A stretch of 53,673 nucleotides of DNA from Azolla caroliniana (lineage: Eukaryota; Plantae; Polypodiophyta), in contig JBHGNT010000204.1 of the NCBI GenBank assembly GCA_043228905.1, forward strand, positions 1 through 53,673. The letters are read 5' to 3'. The position numbers were made by a program, and so were the translations under genes. Each line of letters begins with the position of its first letter. Position 1 is the first letter of the stretch. This document shows, piece by piece, positions 1 through 11,082 of the stretch. Below the pieces are notes generated by a model. That model was given only the letters and a program-made list of their open reading frames with translations, was not told where the DNA came from and ran no database searches.

Positions 1-172
1 AAGTTGTAGCCACTCTAAAGAGCCGATACGATCGCCTCACGAGCGAATCCGATGGAGTTGAAAGAGAATGATTAGCCTTCATCCAACAATGGTTTTCCTC
101 TTCCTTTCTTGAGTCAGTCGACCTTCATATAAGATGGAACTATCGTGTCCCCACATGGATTTGTATATAACA

Positions 173-213
<41 letters not shown>

Positions 214-244
214 TCTATGGTTGTCAAGGTTAGGTATTAATTTG

Positions 245-1315
245 TCTCACCATCTCTCAACTGGTTAGATTTTTTCATGTGTAGTGTCTTTGGAATGGAT
301 CAATGTCAAAACTTGCTCAGTCTTCTCGAGTACAAAGTGGTTGATGCGGGGCCAGGTAATTTGGATGCCTTGCTTTGCCATTTCATCACTCGAAACAATC
401 ACAACACAGGATGTGGCGAGGCTGCAAAAGAAAGGCAAAGAAAAGAAAACAAAAGACCATGATGAGGCCCTAATCAATGATACCTTTTTTGTCTTAGTTG
501 TGCTTTGAAAGCTCGTCACCATCTATCCACTGTTTAGATTTTATAATGTGTAGTGTCTTTGTAATGGATGAATGTCAAAACTTGCTCAGTCTTTTCGAGT
601 GCAAAGTGGTTGATGTGGGGCCAGCTAATTTGGATGCCTTGGTTTGCCATTTCATCACTCGAAACAATCACAACACACGATGCGGCGAGGCCGCAAAAGA
701 AAGGAAAAGAAAAGAAAAGAAAAGACCATGATGAGGCCCTAGTCAATGATACCTTTTTTGTCTTAGTTGTGCTTTGAAAGCTCGTCACCATCTATCCACT
801 AGTTAGATTTTATAATGGGTAGTGTCTTTGTAATGGATGAATGTCAAAGCTTGCTCAGTCTTCTCGAGTGCAAAGTGGTTGATGTGGGGCCAGCTAATTT
901 GGATGCCTTGCTTTGCCATTTCATCACCCGAAACAATCACAACACACGATGCGGCGAGGCCGCAAAAGAAAGGAAAAGAAAAGAAAAGAAAAGACCATCA
1001 CGAGGCCCTAATCAATGATACATTTTTGGTCTTAGTTGTGCTTTGAAAGCTCGTCACCATCTCTCCACTGTTTAGATTTTATAATGTGTAGTGTCTTTGT
1101 AATGGATCAATGTCAAACCTTGCTTAGTCTTCTTGAGGACAAATTGGTTGATGTGCAGCCAGCCAATTTGGATGCCTTGCTTTGCCATTTCATCACCCAA
1201 AACAATCACAACACACGATGCGGCCAGGCCGCAAAAGAAAGGAAAAGAAAAGAAAAGACCATGATGAGGCCCTAATCAATGATACATTTTTGGTCTTAGT
1301 TGTGCTTTGAAAGCA
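245..1315. repeat. Four tandem copies of a ~269-bp unit (inverted copy of the metacaspase upstream region)
   Basis: Repeating caccatct..ttagatttt..gtgctttgaaagc at 269-bp spacing; reverse complement of ~18635-18890. Confidence 0.92.
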
Positions 1316-1889
1316 CATAATTCTTTCATTCAGACCTATCATTTAGCAATACTAAACTCTTGGGCATATAACTAAATATAACTAAGAATGGAATCATAGG
1401 TCCGAAGGAAAGAATTGACTTCACATACCTTATCTTATTATAGAAATATGCTTTGTCTTTACACATCTATCTTCGCATATTCCTAAATTAATTACATTAT
1501 GTTTTCATCAATGATCCAAATCATATATATTCTTCTTATATTTCCATGCTTCAGAGATTTTGCCACACATGACCCCTTAAAAGTTGGCCTTGTTTTGTGT
1601 GTGAATGCCCACAATTCTTATTTTATTTAAAAAAAAAAAAAACAATACTTCCCATTAGTTAGCAAAAGAAGTACATCAAAGATCAGTCGTAACCAAAACA
1701 ACATAATCCTCACCGTACTATTTACAACAAAAGTATCCCGCTAACACTTTGTACATGTTAACCACATATTTACAATTCATGTCCACTCATGGAAGCCAAT
1801 GGCGGAAACAGCCATGTCGGTGCTTGGTAGTTCCATTTAGGCCCTGACGCTGAATTTCCCATCATAGGAGAACGGCCCCATTTCATCAA

Positions 1890-2797
1890 TAACTTCAACA
1901 ACACAATTCGATTGCCAAAGATTTGAAGAAGAGTGGAGTGAGGATTATAGTTATATTAGCTAGGAGGATAGTGAGATCGTACAGGGCAGTGATATGGGTA
2001 TCCTTGTGAGTGCGTGCCAGACTAGCCAAACATCAATCGACATGACCGATGGAGATGGTGGTGCTTATGGTGCTCTTAGTAATGCTACCAAAACTATCAT
2101 TGAGGCAACCCCTCCTGATGAACCAATCACCAACCGTCAACTTGCTACACAGGTTCATGACTTCTGTCAACTTGTTACACAAGGTGGTGGGTTTATGGGG
2201 TTGGTAGGATGTCCAACAACACAATTTGATAACCAAAGATTTGAAGAAGAGCCGAGTGAGGATTATAGTTAAATTAGCTAGGAGGATAGTGAGATCAAAC
2301 AGGGCAGTGATATGGGTATCCTTGTGAGTGCGTGCCAGACTAGCCAAACGTAAATCGACATGACCGATGGAGATGGTGGTGCTTATAGTGCTCTTAGTAA
2401 TGCTATGAAAACTTTCATTGAGGCAACCCCTCCTGATGAACCAATCACCAACCCTCAACTTACTACACAGGTTCATGAGTTCTGTCAACTAGTTACACAA
2501 GGTGGTGGGTTTATGGGGTTGGTAGGATGTCCAAGAACACAATTCGATAACCAAAGATTTAAAGAAGAGCCGAGTGAGGATTATAGTTATATTAGGTAGG
2601 AGGATAGTGAGATCAAACAGGGCAGTGATATGGGTATCCTTGTGAGTGGGTGCCCGACTAGCCAAACATCAATCCACACGACCGATGGAGATGGTGGTGC
2701 TTATTGTGCTCTTAGTAATGCTATCAAAATTGTCATTGAGGCAACCCCTCCTGATGAACCAATCACCAACCGTCAACTTGTTACACAAGTTCGTGAA
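1890..2797 (+). pseudogene. Three tandem ~318-bp fragments of the metacaspase linker/p10 region with stops
   Basis: Repeated EEEPSEDYS..MGILVS.CQTSQ..GGAY.ALSNA..PDEPITN.QL, with in-frame TAG/TAA. Confidence 0.88.
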
Positions 2798-2838
2798 TCT
2801 ATTAATTTGTACTTATCCCATCTCATGATGATATACAG

Positions 2839-3110
2839 ATGACGAGTTCCGTTCCTTGGTGAATAAGCTTCCTCCTAATGTCAAACTCACTATAGTGTCT
2901 GATTCTTGCCACAGTGGAGGTCTCATTGAGAACACAAAAGAGCAAATAGAAGAAAGATTCCAATCTTCCGGGGAAGGATATGGAAATGATGAGGATGAGA
3001 GTGCATATACGGAAAACACGAGCGAGGAGGACGGGAACTATGGCAGAGATGCTGTAGAGATAAAGAATAAGTCCTTGCCATTGCACATTTTGTTAGATAT
3101 ATTAGATATA
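2839..3110 (+). pseudogene. Truncated metacaspase exon-2 paralog
   Basis: Matches 32565-32830, then jumps to sequence equivalent to ~34358 (deletion of ~1.5 kb). Confidence 0.85.
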
Positions 3111-3929
3111 TTTTGATGTGTATATCACATACCGATAGGTCTACATCAAATTATGCAATTCATTAGTCATCCATGAGGGAAATTCCCTCTTGCCCAGTAA
3201 CTTTATGAATATAGACTTGAATGTGATAGTTTTGAATTTTCAACCACATAGTTAGGCTATGCTCTAATCCGTGTATCTCATTTACTTCGATCTTTAATCA
3301 TTTCTTCTAGTATTTGGATGGATCCATCTATTATCATTTGTTTGATCTTGCTACATGACATCTTGTTCAAACTATTTTATTTGAAAGTTTCTTACGATGG
3401 GAAAATGTAAAGAGGCCTCATTACTAGTGGGGGCAACTTTGTTCTATTTTTTTATGACATAGTAAAATTTAAGAAATATACATAATATACAGAAATATAT
3501 CATGTCGCAACTGCTCATATGATCCATTAATGTTGATTCAGCTATGTAAGAAATTTGATTATTATATTATGTGATAGTTTGAGGAATTATTTTGATATAG
3601 TTGACGTTGCAAATGTCCAAAACACTATGATAAAGATTTGGATAAGTTAGATGCATGCACAAGGGAGTGGTTATAAGTGCTATACAATTATTTTGGGGAC
3701 GATTCATATACATTGCTTACACGAAGAAGATTGTAAAGGAGAAAGACAAACTTTTTTTGTGGTATTGCCCAGAGACCGATCAAATATGGAGGGGGGGTTG
3801 GCCGCCTATTGCAATTATGCTAAGTGTAAGGCACAATTACGTGGGGAAAAGTACGTTGGTTATCATGGCAAGCCCTCGTTGACAAGTACGAACATCGGGA
3901 GGAGGGGACGACATTGGTGATAAAGGCAC

Positions 3930-4402
3930 TGTAGTGAAATCCGCGAAATATCACTCGACCACAACGGAGCAGTAAAACAGTTCTATAAGAATGAAGCACA
4001 GAAATGGCAAGTGGAGAGTACACAAGAAAAATGACATAGGATGTTTACGTGGAAAACCTTAATAGGGAAAAACCACGGAATCCCACAGACTCCGAACTAT
4101 CACTATGAAGAGAAAGGGGTACAATTAGAGACTCGGAGGCAACGACCTCGAGCTCTGTTTCTTCGCACAGTGGCGGTTACAATAGAGTATCGCTCTGTAT
4201 CTCTCTCTCTCTCTCTCTCTCTTTTTCTTTGTCTCTATCTATGTACAATAGTTAGAACAATATGACAACCACACTATAAGTGATTGCCCTAAGTCATATT
4301 TATAGTCATATGTAATTTTGGCTATTTACAAATATAGCCTCAATGGGCTTATTCAAGACGTATTTACAAATCTATCTTCTCTTCCGATTCTCACCAGGTT
4401 CA
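3930..4402 (-). mobile_element. Partial, diverged copy of the same Copia LTR
   Basis: Starts TGTAGTGAAAT in the same flank context (ggcac) as 28416; similarity ends ~4402. Confidence 0.75.
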
Positions 4403-4469
4403 TGGATTCGCTTTCAGTCGAACCAAATGTTTAGGAGCACCTCACCGCTTGGGAGTTTTCATTGCTGAA

Positions 4470-5837
4470 AAACAAACAAACATCATCTGCTCTGCTCCAA
4501 ATGTGCCAGACAGATGAAGCAGACTACCAACATCCATATCTCCTCATAAAAACCAGAGTTTGTACCAGGTTCCACTTCAACACATGTGGATACATTGCCA
4601 CCCTGCACTATAAAACCATGACCATGTGGATTTAGATGTTCCGTCCAGCCTTCCTTAGTTAGTTTCAAACTCTGTAAGGACCCCCACACAACTCTCCCAT
4701 TCACATCGCATGCTACCACTATCCTGAGACTTCGACCCCAAATGTTGATTGCCTTTGCACAATTCCAAAAACAGTGAGGTATCGATTCCAAAAAGTGACC
4801 AAATAATGTACAATCAGCCTCCCCACCATGAGAACTCATCCACTCCCCTACGAGTAACGCCTTATGACTAAGAAGCCAAAACCACAGCTTTATTTTTTCT
4901 GGCATACCTGATGCCCATAGTCTCCTCCAAAACGATTTCAACAAGTAATCTGATATGCCTTTATTCCTCCAACTATTGCGAGTCTGAGCAACGCCCACTG
5001 ATTTGGAGCCAATGATTTGCCTTCCGAGCTTAGTACTATAATAAAAAAACCCCTCCAGTTTGTTCGTTCACGATTTCTGCCACCATACCTCTAGTGGATC
5101 CCACTCCAAATCATGTAGAGGCTTGTTGTCAAAAAGCCATGGTTTACAATAAGTATCTAGCTTCCCTAGGTTCGTGTTTACTTGCCACTTCTTACCTTCC
5201 AACACTGCCACCCGCACTGACAACCACCGACGATTGTCGGACAAAGCAGTTAGGTTTCCCCACAATCGATATTCATTAGATGGACACTTGACACGCATAA
5301 TTTGTCCATTACTCTCACCTACAAACCACCTAGACCAGGCCCCCTTTTCATTATTCAATGTATCTAGTCCATCAACAGCCTTATTTATCAGTTGGGTCAC
5401 CTTCTCAAGCCTACAAGAAATGCTACCAAACTGACCCTCACTCCTCGTCATTTTGAAAACATCCCACTCTCTTACTAAACTAACATTGTACCCTAACATG
5501 CGGCCCCATGGAAAATATTTTTTCTGTCCAAGAATCATGCCGTCCTCGCTTCTAATCCTAGGGTTCCAAAATAGTGGTTGTCGGAGTTGTTCCTCCAATG
5601 TTTTCAGTTGTATTAAGACCAACCCTTCTCTTACAGTTGACCAAGCCATCATTATGGCGCGGGCCACCCAATCCTCCATGCTAGTTGGTTCTTTCATCTT
5701 TAGATCTGGACTGAACAACCAACACATCTTTGCCTTCCAAGGGCTGCCATTCCTTGGACACCAAAGGTCAACTTTGTCCCTGAGAAGCATCTTCCATAGT
5801 TCAGGTCCAAATTGTAAACTTCGTACAAGTAGCTTAC
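4470..5837 (-). mobile_element. L1-like LINE ORF2 3' fragment (zf-RVT-like region), left of the DNA transposon insertion
   Basis: FWRRLW..PEKIKLWFWLLSHKAL..C..ESIPHCFWNC; frameshifted; continues at 14899 after the insertion. Confidence 0.8.
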
Positions 5838-5872
5838 AACACGTTGCGTTCACAAGTGGAATGATTGCGCAT
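5838..5872 (+). repeat. Left terminal inverted repeat
   Basis: AACACGTTGCGTTCACAAGTGGAATGATTGCGCAT matches the reverse complement of 14859-14894 with 1 indel and 2 mismatches. Confidence 0.92.
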
Positions 5873-6204
5873 TCCACTTGTAGAATCTTCTTAAAACGAA
5901 GAAAATACACCCTCTCTACAATAATTGGATACACTAGTATCACATGTTCCTCAACTTGATAAGAATTTGCAAAAATAAAAATACATGATAGATCTACGAG
6001 TGGAGATCAGTAGAAATCATGCAAGTTTAGACATGTTGATAAGTTAATGTATCTAAATAAAGTTCAACTATGGCTCAATATGGCACTATTGTGCGACAAG
6101 GGAAACACTAACTTAAAGACTTATATTAATTAGGTAGGTTTTACAAAAATATGAGGTGTACTTGTATCCATACTAATAAAATGAGATATAATTTATACTT
6201 TGAC

Positions 6205-6490
6205 CCATACGTGCATGTATGTAATTGTCGAAAATGTAGGATAGTGCACATTAGGATAAGTGATTGGAATAACTAACTTATTAAAGTATTCAATACTTAT
6301 ATTAAAAGTTGATCTAATCTATTCCTCAGTTTGTTCATATGGGATCAAACCATATGTGTATATAATTGTGCACAATGTAAGGCAGTGAACTTTAGGATAA
6401 TGTCGTGGAAATAACAAACCTATTAGGCTTTCATACCTGTATTTAAAATTGATCTACTCTATTGCTTAGGTGATTCACACAAGATCAAAC
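6205..6490. repeat. Diverged ~140-bp tandem duplication in the left subterminal region of the transposon
   Basis: Two copies of taattgt..aatgta..ttaggataa..ttgatcta.tctatt..gatcaaac. Confidence 0.7.
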
Positions 6491-6883
6491 TCCGAACGAT
6501 AACGCAACTGGAACCATTATCAACACACTACACAATCTAAGCAGCAATGGAATAGAAACATAATAGTTTTAACAATATAAGACAAAGATCCATAATAACA
6601 ACATGGACAGTCATGGCAATAATTATAGGGCCATGTTCTGTTAAGGTTAGCTTGGACCAAAATCAGCCTCCATTTAAGCTAGTTCATGTTTCTCCATAAG
6701 TTTGGTAGTCAGCTATGCACGCGGTGAAACCAATATCATAAATCTACTAATGAAGTATATAAAAATAAAATTGAAACATATAGATGATTATAAAGAATAG
6801 AATCCACTAGGTAAAACCCAAAATTTGTATTAATAATATGAAATCTTAACAAATCGTCAGTGTCATATTCTTTATATAGTCTA

Positions 6884-9800
6884 TTACATAGCAATCAATT
6901 CATCAACGTCATTTTCTTCATCATCTTGTGTAGAACTGTCTTCGGCTATACGTGCATTGGTTTCCCCTGTTAGCCGGGCCAACGAAATATCTTCTATAAG
7001 CTCATCATCAAGCTCTATTAGCTCCCCCGGTTCGCCGGCTAACGGAGGAATAGGCTCTCGCGAAGCGGGTTGAAACCTTTCTGTATTGGCGAGGTTCTTT
7101 GCACCGACCTCCTCATCCTGGTCTGGGCACTCCCACAAAGCCTTAATCCGCATATTAATAAATATAACTTGGTCCTCGTCCTTCTCCAATGCAACTGTAT
7201 TTCTAAACAGCTTCAATGCACATGCTGACGTAGTTCCTATGATGTAAGTAACAAGAAGATTTAGTTGTCAAACGAAAAAAAGTGATTGGTTATCTCAAGA
7301 TCGTTACCCTAGTTCGAGGAATACCTGTGCCAGAAAAGAGATCTAATATCCAGTCTCCTTCGACAGAAAACATCTCGATCAAGCGCATCATAAGTCGTTG
7401 AGGTTTTTGGTATGGGTTGACAAGTCCCCGTTCTGTCGTGGTGACATGTCGCAATTTCCGAGTCACTGCTGGATATACCAACAGATTTGAACCTCCCACT
7501 TCATTAGAATGCTCTTTGATTCTCTGTTTTTTAATTTCATCGAAGTAGCCAACCGTTATGTATTCAATGGCATTAACGAACCGAAAAGTTGGCTCTCTAT
7601 TTACATTGGTCTTGATCCTATAAAAAATAATTCATCGAGTTAAGAATAGATTCAACAACCTTAAGAATTGCAATATAATGAAAGACACCTATAAATAATC
7701 CTTACCATGCAAGGTTCTCGATGCCATGGCAACGAGATCTCAAAGCTTGAGCTACCGAGTATCCTTGGTCCATACTATGAAAGACAACTATTCGCCACAA
7801 GGATGCGGTCGTTAGCTCAGCGAAATCCTTGACCATCTTCTCCAATTGTTTAAACCTAAACGGTTCATCATCATATGATGACCCAGCCATTCGAAATCCG
7901 TAAGGAACATCCGCAATCATTAGCGTATATTCCTTCTTTGGCACCTTCTGGATCAAGTCGATGACATCACCGCAAACCACATTGTAGTAAAGATCTCTCG
8001 TAATATCTTTTTTGTGGCTAAATTTTTTAAACGAGCCATCTTCCTCCATTTCGTACGCCTTGACTAAGCGACGATCCTTTTCTTTTCTGGCTCGCTCGAG
8101 ATGTGCAAGGAAGGATGTAGGGAAATCGTGTATATCCTTAACTTCTCCTTGTTTCTTGCCTCGACACGGTTTCTAATAGAAACAATAGGACATCAGGTAT
8201 TATTATACAAGCTCTACATATGATGAAAGGGTAATGAAAAAACATCAATACTAACCCAATCCTTGAATGCAATAAAATACTCTGATAACGCCTTATACGA
8301 AGACGTTAGAGGATAATCCTCGGTCACTTGTTCCCAAGTTATACATCCAAGTTGTTTCATCATTACTTCTTGGATCTTCATGTACACCTTATGACAGTAA
8401 AATTAGAAATCAAGATTAGAACTTTGAATTACACCAGATAGACTACAATTTCAGTATTTGAAAGACTTACTTATTGAACTCGGTGACCATTTCTTCAAGG
8501 CTTAAATCTTTCGCCACAACCCTTGACAAAACCGACACAAGAAGCTGCTCGTCCTTAATACCTTGCATCGCTCTCCATAGAGACAGCTTCATGTCGTCTG
8601 CCGCTTCTTCAATTGTCAAATCAATTTTCTTGGCGGCTTGTGACTTTAATTCTAGTTGAGGGTCAACCCTACATTTCTTTTGTCGTTGACCCTTTACCTC
8701 CTTATTCTCCCACATTGAGAAGATTTGATCTTGGAGGTCCCATACTTCTCCATCTCTAAACGCTAATTGAAACCAAGATTCATACTTTCGAAGACCATCG
8801 GACCTAACATTATCATCTACCACAATGCCGACTTCATGAAGACATTGACGTCGAAGGCCTGGATGTAACTTCACACCAAACTTTTGTTTCACATCTAAAT
8901 ACTCGTGGTGGAAGAACCGTATACGCTCAATAGACGACATTTTCTGCCTATAGTCATTATCATTATTATGGTCCCATGCCAACAGCTTAGCCTCTTCGGT
9001 TGTGAGCCCAACATAAATTTTGCACTCGGCATACTTGAAGAAGAAAGTGGTTGGATGTTCTCTCACAAGTTGCCGACGTGCCTCTGCTGAATGCGATCCA
9101 CCAATGACAAAATAATTATATTGATCATGCTTTCTGATATCAAAATCTTCAATGGTTTCGCATTCTTCAGGATCCACCATAACAATAAAAGGCACCACTG
9201 TGGCATGAGGATTAATTTTCATTTTTTTCTTGAGATTTTGAACATGCATGCGATGAGGCTCTCTAATCTCAAGTGGTCTACGACCTGTTTTTTCATCAAT
9301 AGGGGGCCGATGGATGTGTGTTATAGGCAAATTAAATACTTGCCCTTTCCTGACCAGCTTCCGTTGCATTAACTCTCTCCTTATTTTATTCTGCTCGGAT
9401 GATAGGACACCCGAGGCCAGCTCGGCTCCTGGCGTCCCCTTATTATCCTCTTCTTCATTTTCACTTGTCGAATCCGTATCCGACATTTTCGTTGTCTTCT
9501 TCTTGGCTGGTCTTGACTGGACTTTGGATACCTTTTTAGTGGCCTTCACGTGGGAGGGCTCTTCATCTCTTAGAGTTACATGGCCTTGTATATAAGGCCT
9601 CAAGGTAACAATCAGGTTTTGTGAGTTATCAAGTGCTTTTTTGAACACTTCAGGCCCACAAGATTCCTTTACTAAAAGGTCTTCTGAAAGGAACACTTTG
9701 CGTACCCCCTTGGAGCACTCTATCATTACCAGTATGTTGGCCGAATCTGCATCTTCGTAGTCAAATCGTAGAATTCGGCCATACATAAATGGAGTTTCTT

Positions 9801-10949
9801 TTCCTAGCTGCCCCTCACCCTTCTTCTTTGCTGTATACAATACAACTTTTTTCTTTGAGTCGACATATTGCATACACCATTCCTTGTCCGTTAGATCTCG
9901 GTCAGGAAGGTCTTCGCCTCCAGTAGCGGTGACAAGTTTCTTTTGGCTTACATCATTATGTGGCTGAGATTTTGTCTCTTCGTTAAAGAGAAGCTTTTTT
10001 CCTCTCTTCATGGTCTCCGGAGTTACCTTGGTCTGGGCTTCGATTGGAGAACCTTGTATGCGAAGCTTAATTTTCTTTACGGGTCGGTCTGACAGGTTCT
10101 CAAACGACCTATTTAAGAAAGTATATGCAAAAACATAAGTTAGACAGTCACGTAGATTGAAGTTGTTATTATAATGAAGAACAGTTTCCAGGAGCAGTCC
10201 TATATTCAAAAATCTATTATAGGCAGGGCTATTCAACCTAGAAAATATATATCGTAATAAGTAAAACGGGTTGTATATTCTTTTAAATAGTAGGTGTGAC
10301 TTATATAGATTCTAAACCTATATTGAGGAGAATTTGCCATAGTGAAGGCCATTTGTATATCATTTTCTACTATTTTAAGCTAAAGTAGGTCATAAAACAC
10401 CTATAATTAGAGCATGTATTTGTTTAAACGTAAGTAAAGTCAACATAAAAAAGACTGATTTTGCCAGACAATTTGATATCATTTCCACCCCGTAAACGAT
10501 TTTTCTCTCTCAAAGGCTACACTTTAAACACGAACTCGATACGGCGTATCGAGTTCGTGTTTAAAGTGTAGGTTTTAAACATGAACTCGATACGCCGTAT
10601 CGAGTTCGTGTTTAAAACCTACACTTTAAACACGAACTCGATACGGCGTATCGAGTTCGTGTTTAAAACCTACACTATGAACACGAACTCGATACGCCGT
10701 ATCGAGTTCGTGTTTAAAACCTATACTTTAAACACGAACTCGATACGGCGTATCGAGTTCATGTATACAATACAAATATTTACACACGAACTCGATACGC
10801 CGTATCGAGTTCGTGTATAAATATTTGTATTGTATACATGAACTCGATACGCCGTATCGAGTTCTTGGGAAACGAAACATATTTACAAAAATGTCCACAG
10901 TGTCAGAGGCCTACTTGGACTCCTCGCGCTCGACTCTCTTGGAAGACAT
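6884..10949 (-). CDS. Spliced gene (~970 aa): ParB/Srx-like domain fused to a beta-class N6-adenine/N4-cytosine DNA methyltransferase
   Basis: Exons read by hand: 10949-10915, 10108-8471, ~8390-8256, 8172-7706, 7617-7325, 7236-6884. Four of five introns are GT-AG and keep frame; the exon 2/3 junction is ambiguous. Motifs: FVIGGSHSAEARRQL (ParB-like), GDVIDLI..MIADVPYG (motif IV), LAWIKTN, QKPQRLMMRLIEMFSVEGDWILDLFSGTGTTSACALKLFRNTVALEKD (motifs X-I-II, rebuilt across an intron). Confidence 0.85.
10517..10864. repeat. Array of 7 palindromes GAACTCGATACG-S-CGTATCGAGTTC, period 51-52 bp
   Basis: Cores start at 10532, 10583, 10634, 10685, 10736, 10788 and 10840. The array lies within predicted intron 1 of the minus-strand gene. 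Confidence 0.95.
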
Positions 10950-11074
10950 GGTTGATCGTGTTGTGTGGAGGCGGAGATCGCGCTTTCGTGCTTTGTGCCT
11001 TTTAGTGCTCTGTGTGCTCTGTGTGCTCTGTGTGCTCTGTACGCTCTGGTGAGTGAAATATGATGAGGTCTTCC

Positions 11075-11082
11075 TATTTATA
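11075..11082 (-). promoter_or_regulatory. TATA box for the ParB-like/methyltransferase gene
   Basis: Minus strand reads ccc-TATAAATA-gg about 125 nt upstream of the ATG at 10949; the putative 5'UTR contains 9-bp ACAGAGCAC repeats. Confidence 0.6.

Noticed and set aside
265-1275. Many short ORFs in the 269-bp repeats (also at 30 kb and 49 kb)
   Set aside because: Overlapping frames on both strands in a noncoding tandem repeat, with no recognisable domain.
5838-5943. N-terminus of the 291-aa ORF at 5068-5943
   Set aside because: Chimeric read-through from the transposon end into the LINE fragment.
10109-10236. N-terminal extension of the 589-aa ORF (MNSPAYNRF...)
   Set aside because: Non-ATG start in AT-rich intron-like DNA; an AG acceptor at 10110-10109 splices in frame to a TATA-preceded exon 1.
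10517-10864. CRISPR array
   Set aside because: Repeat and spacer lengths are superficially similar, but the linkers are copies or inversions of each other rather than unique spacers, there are no cas genes, and the context is a eukaryotic intron.
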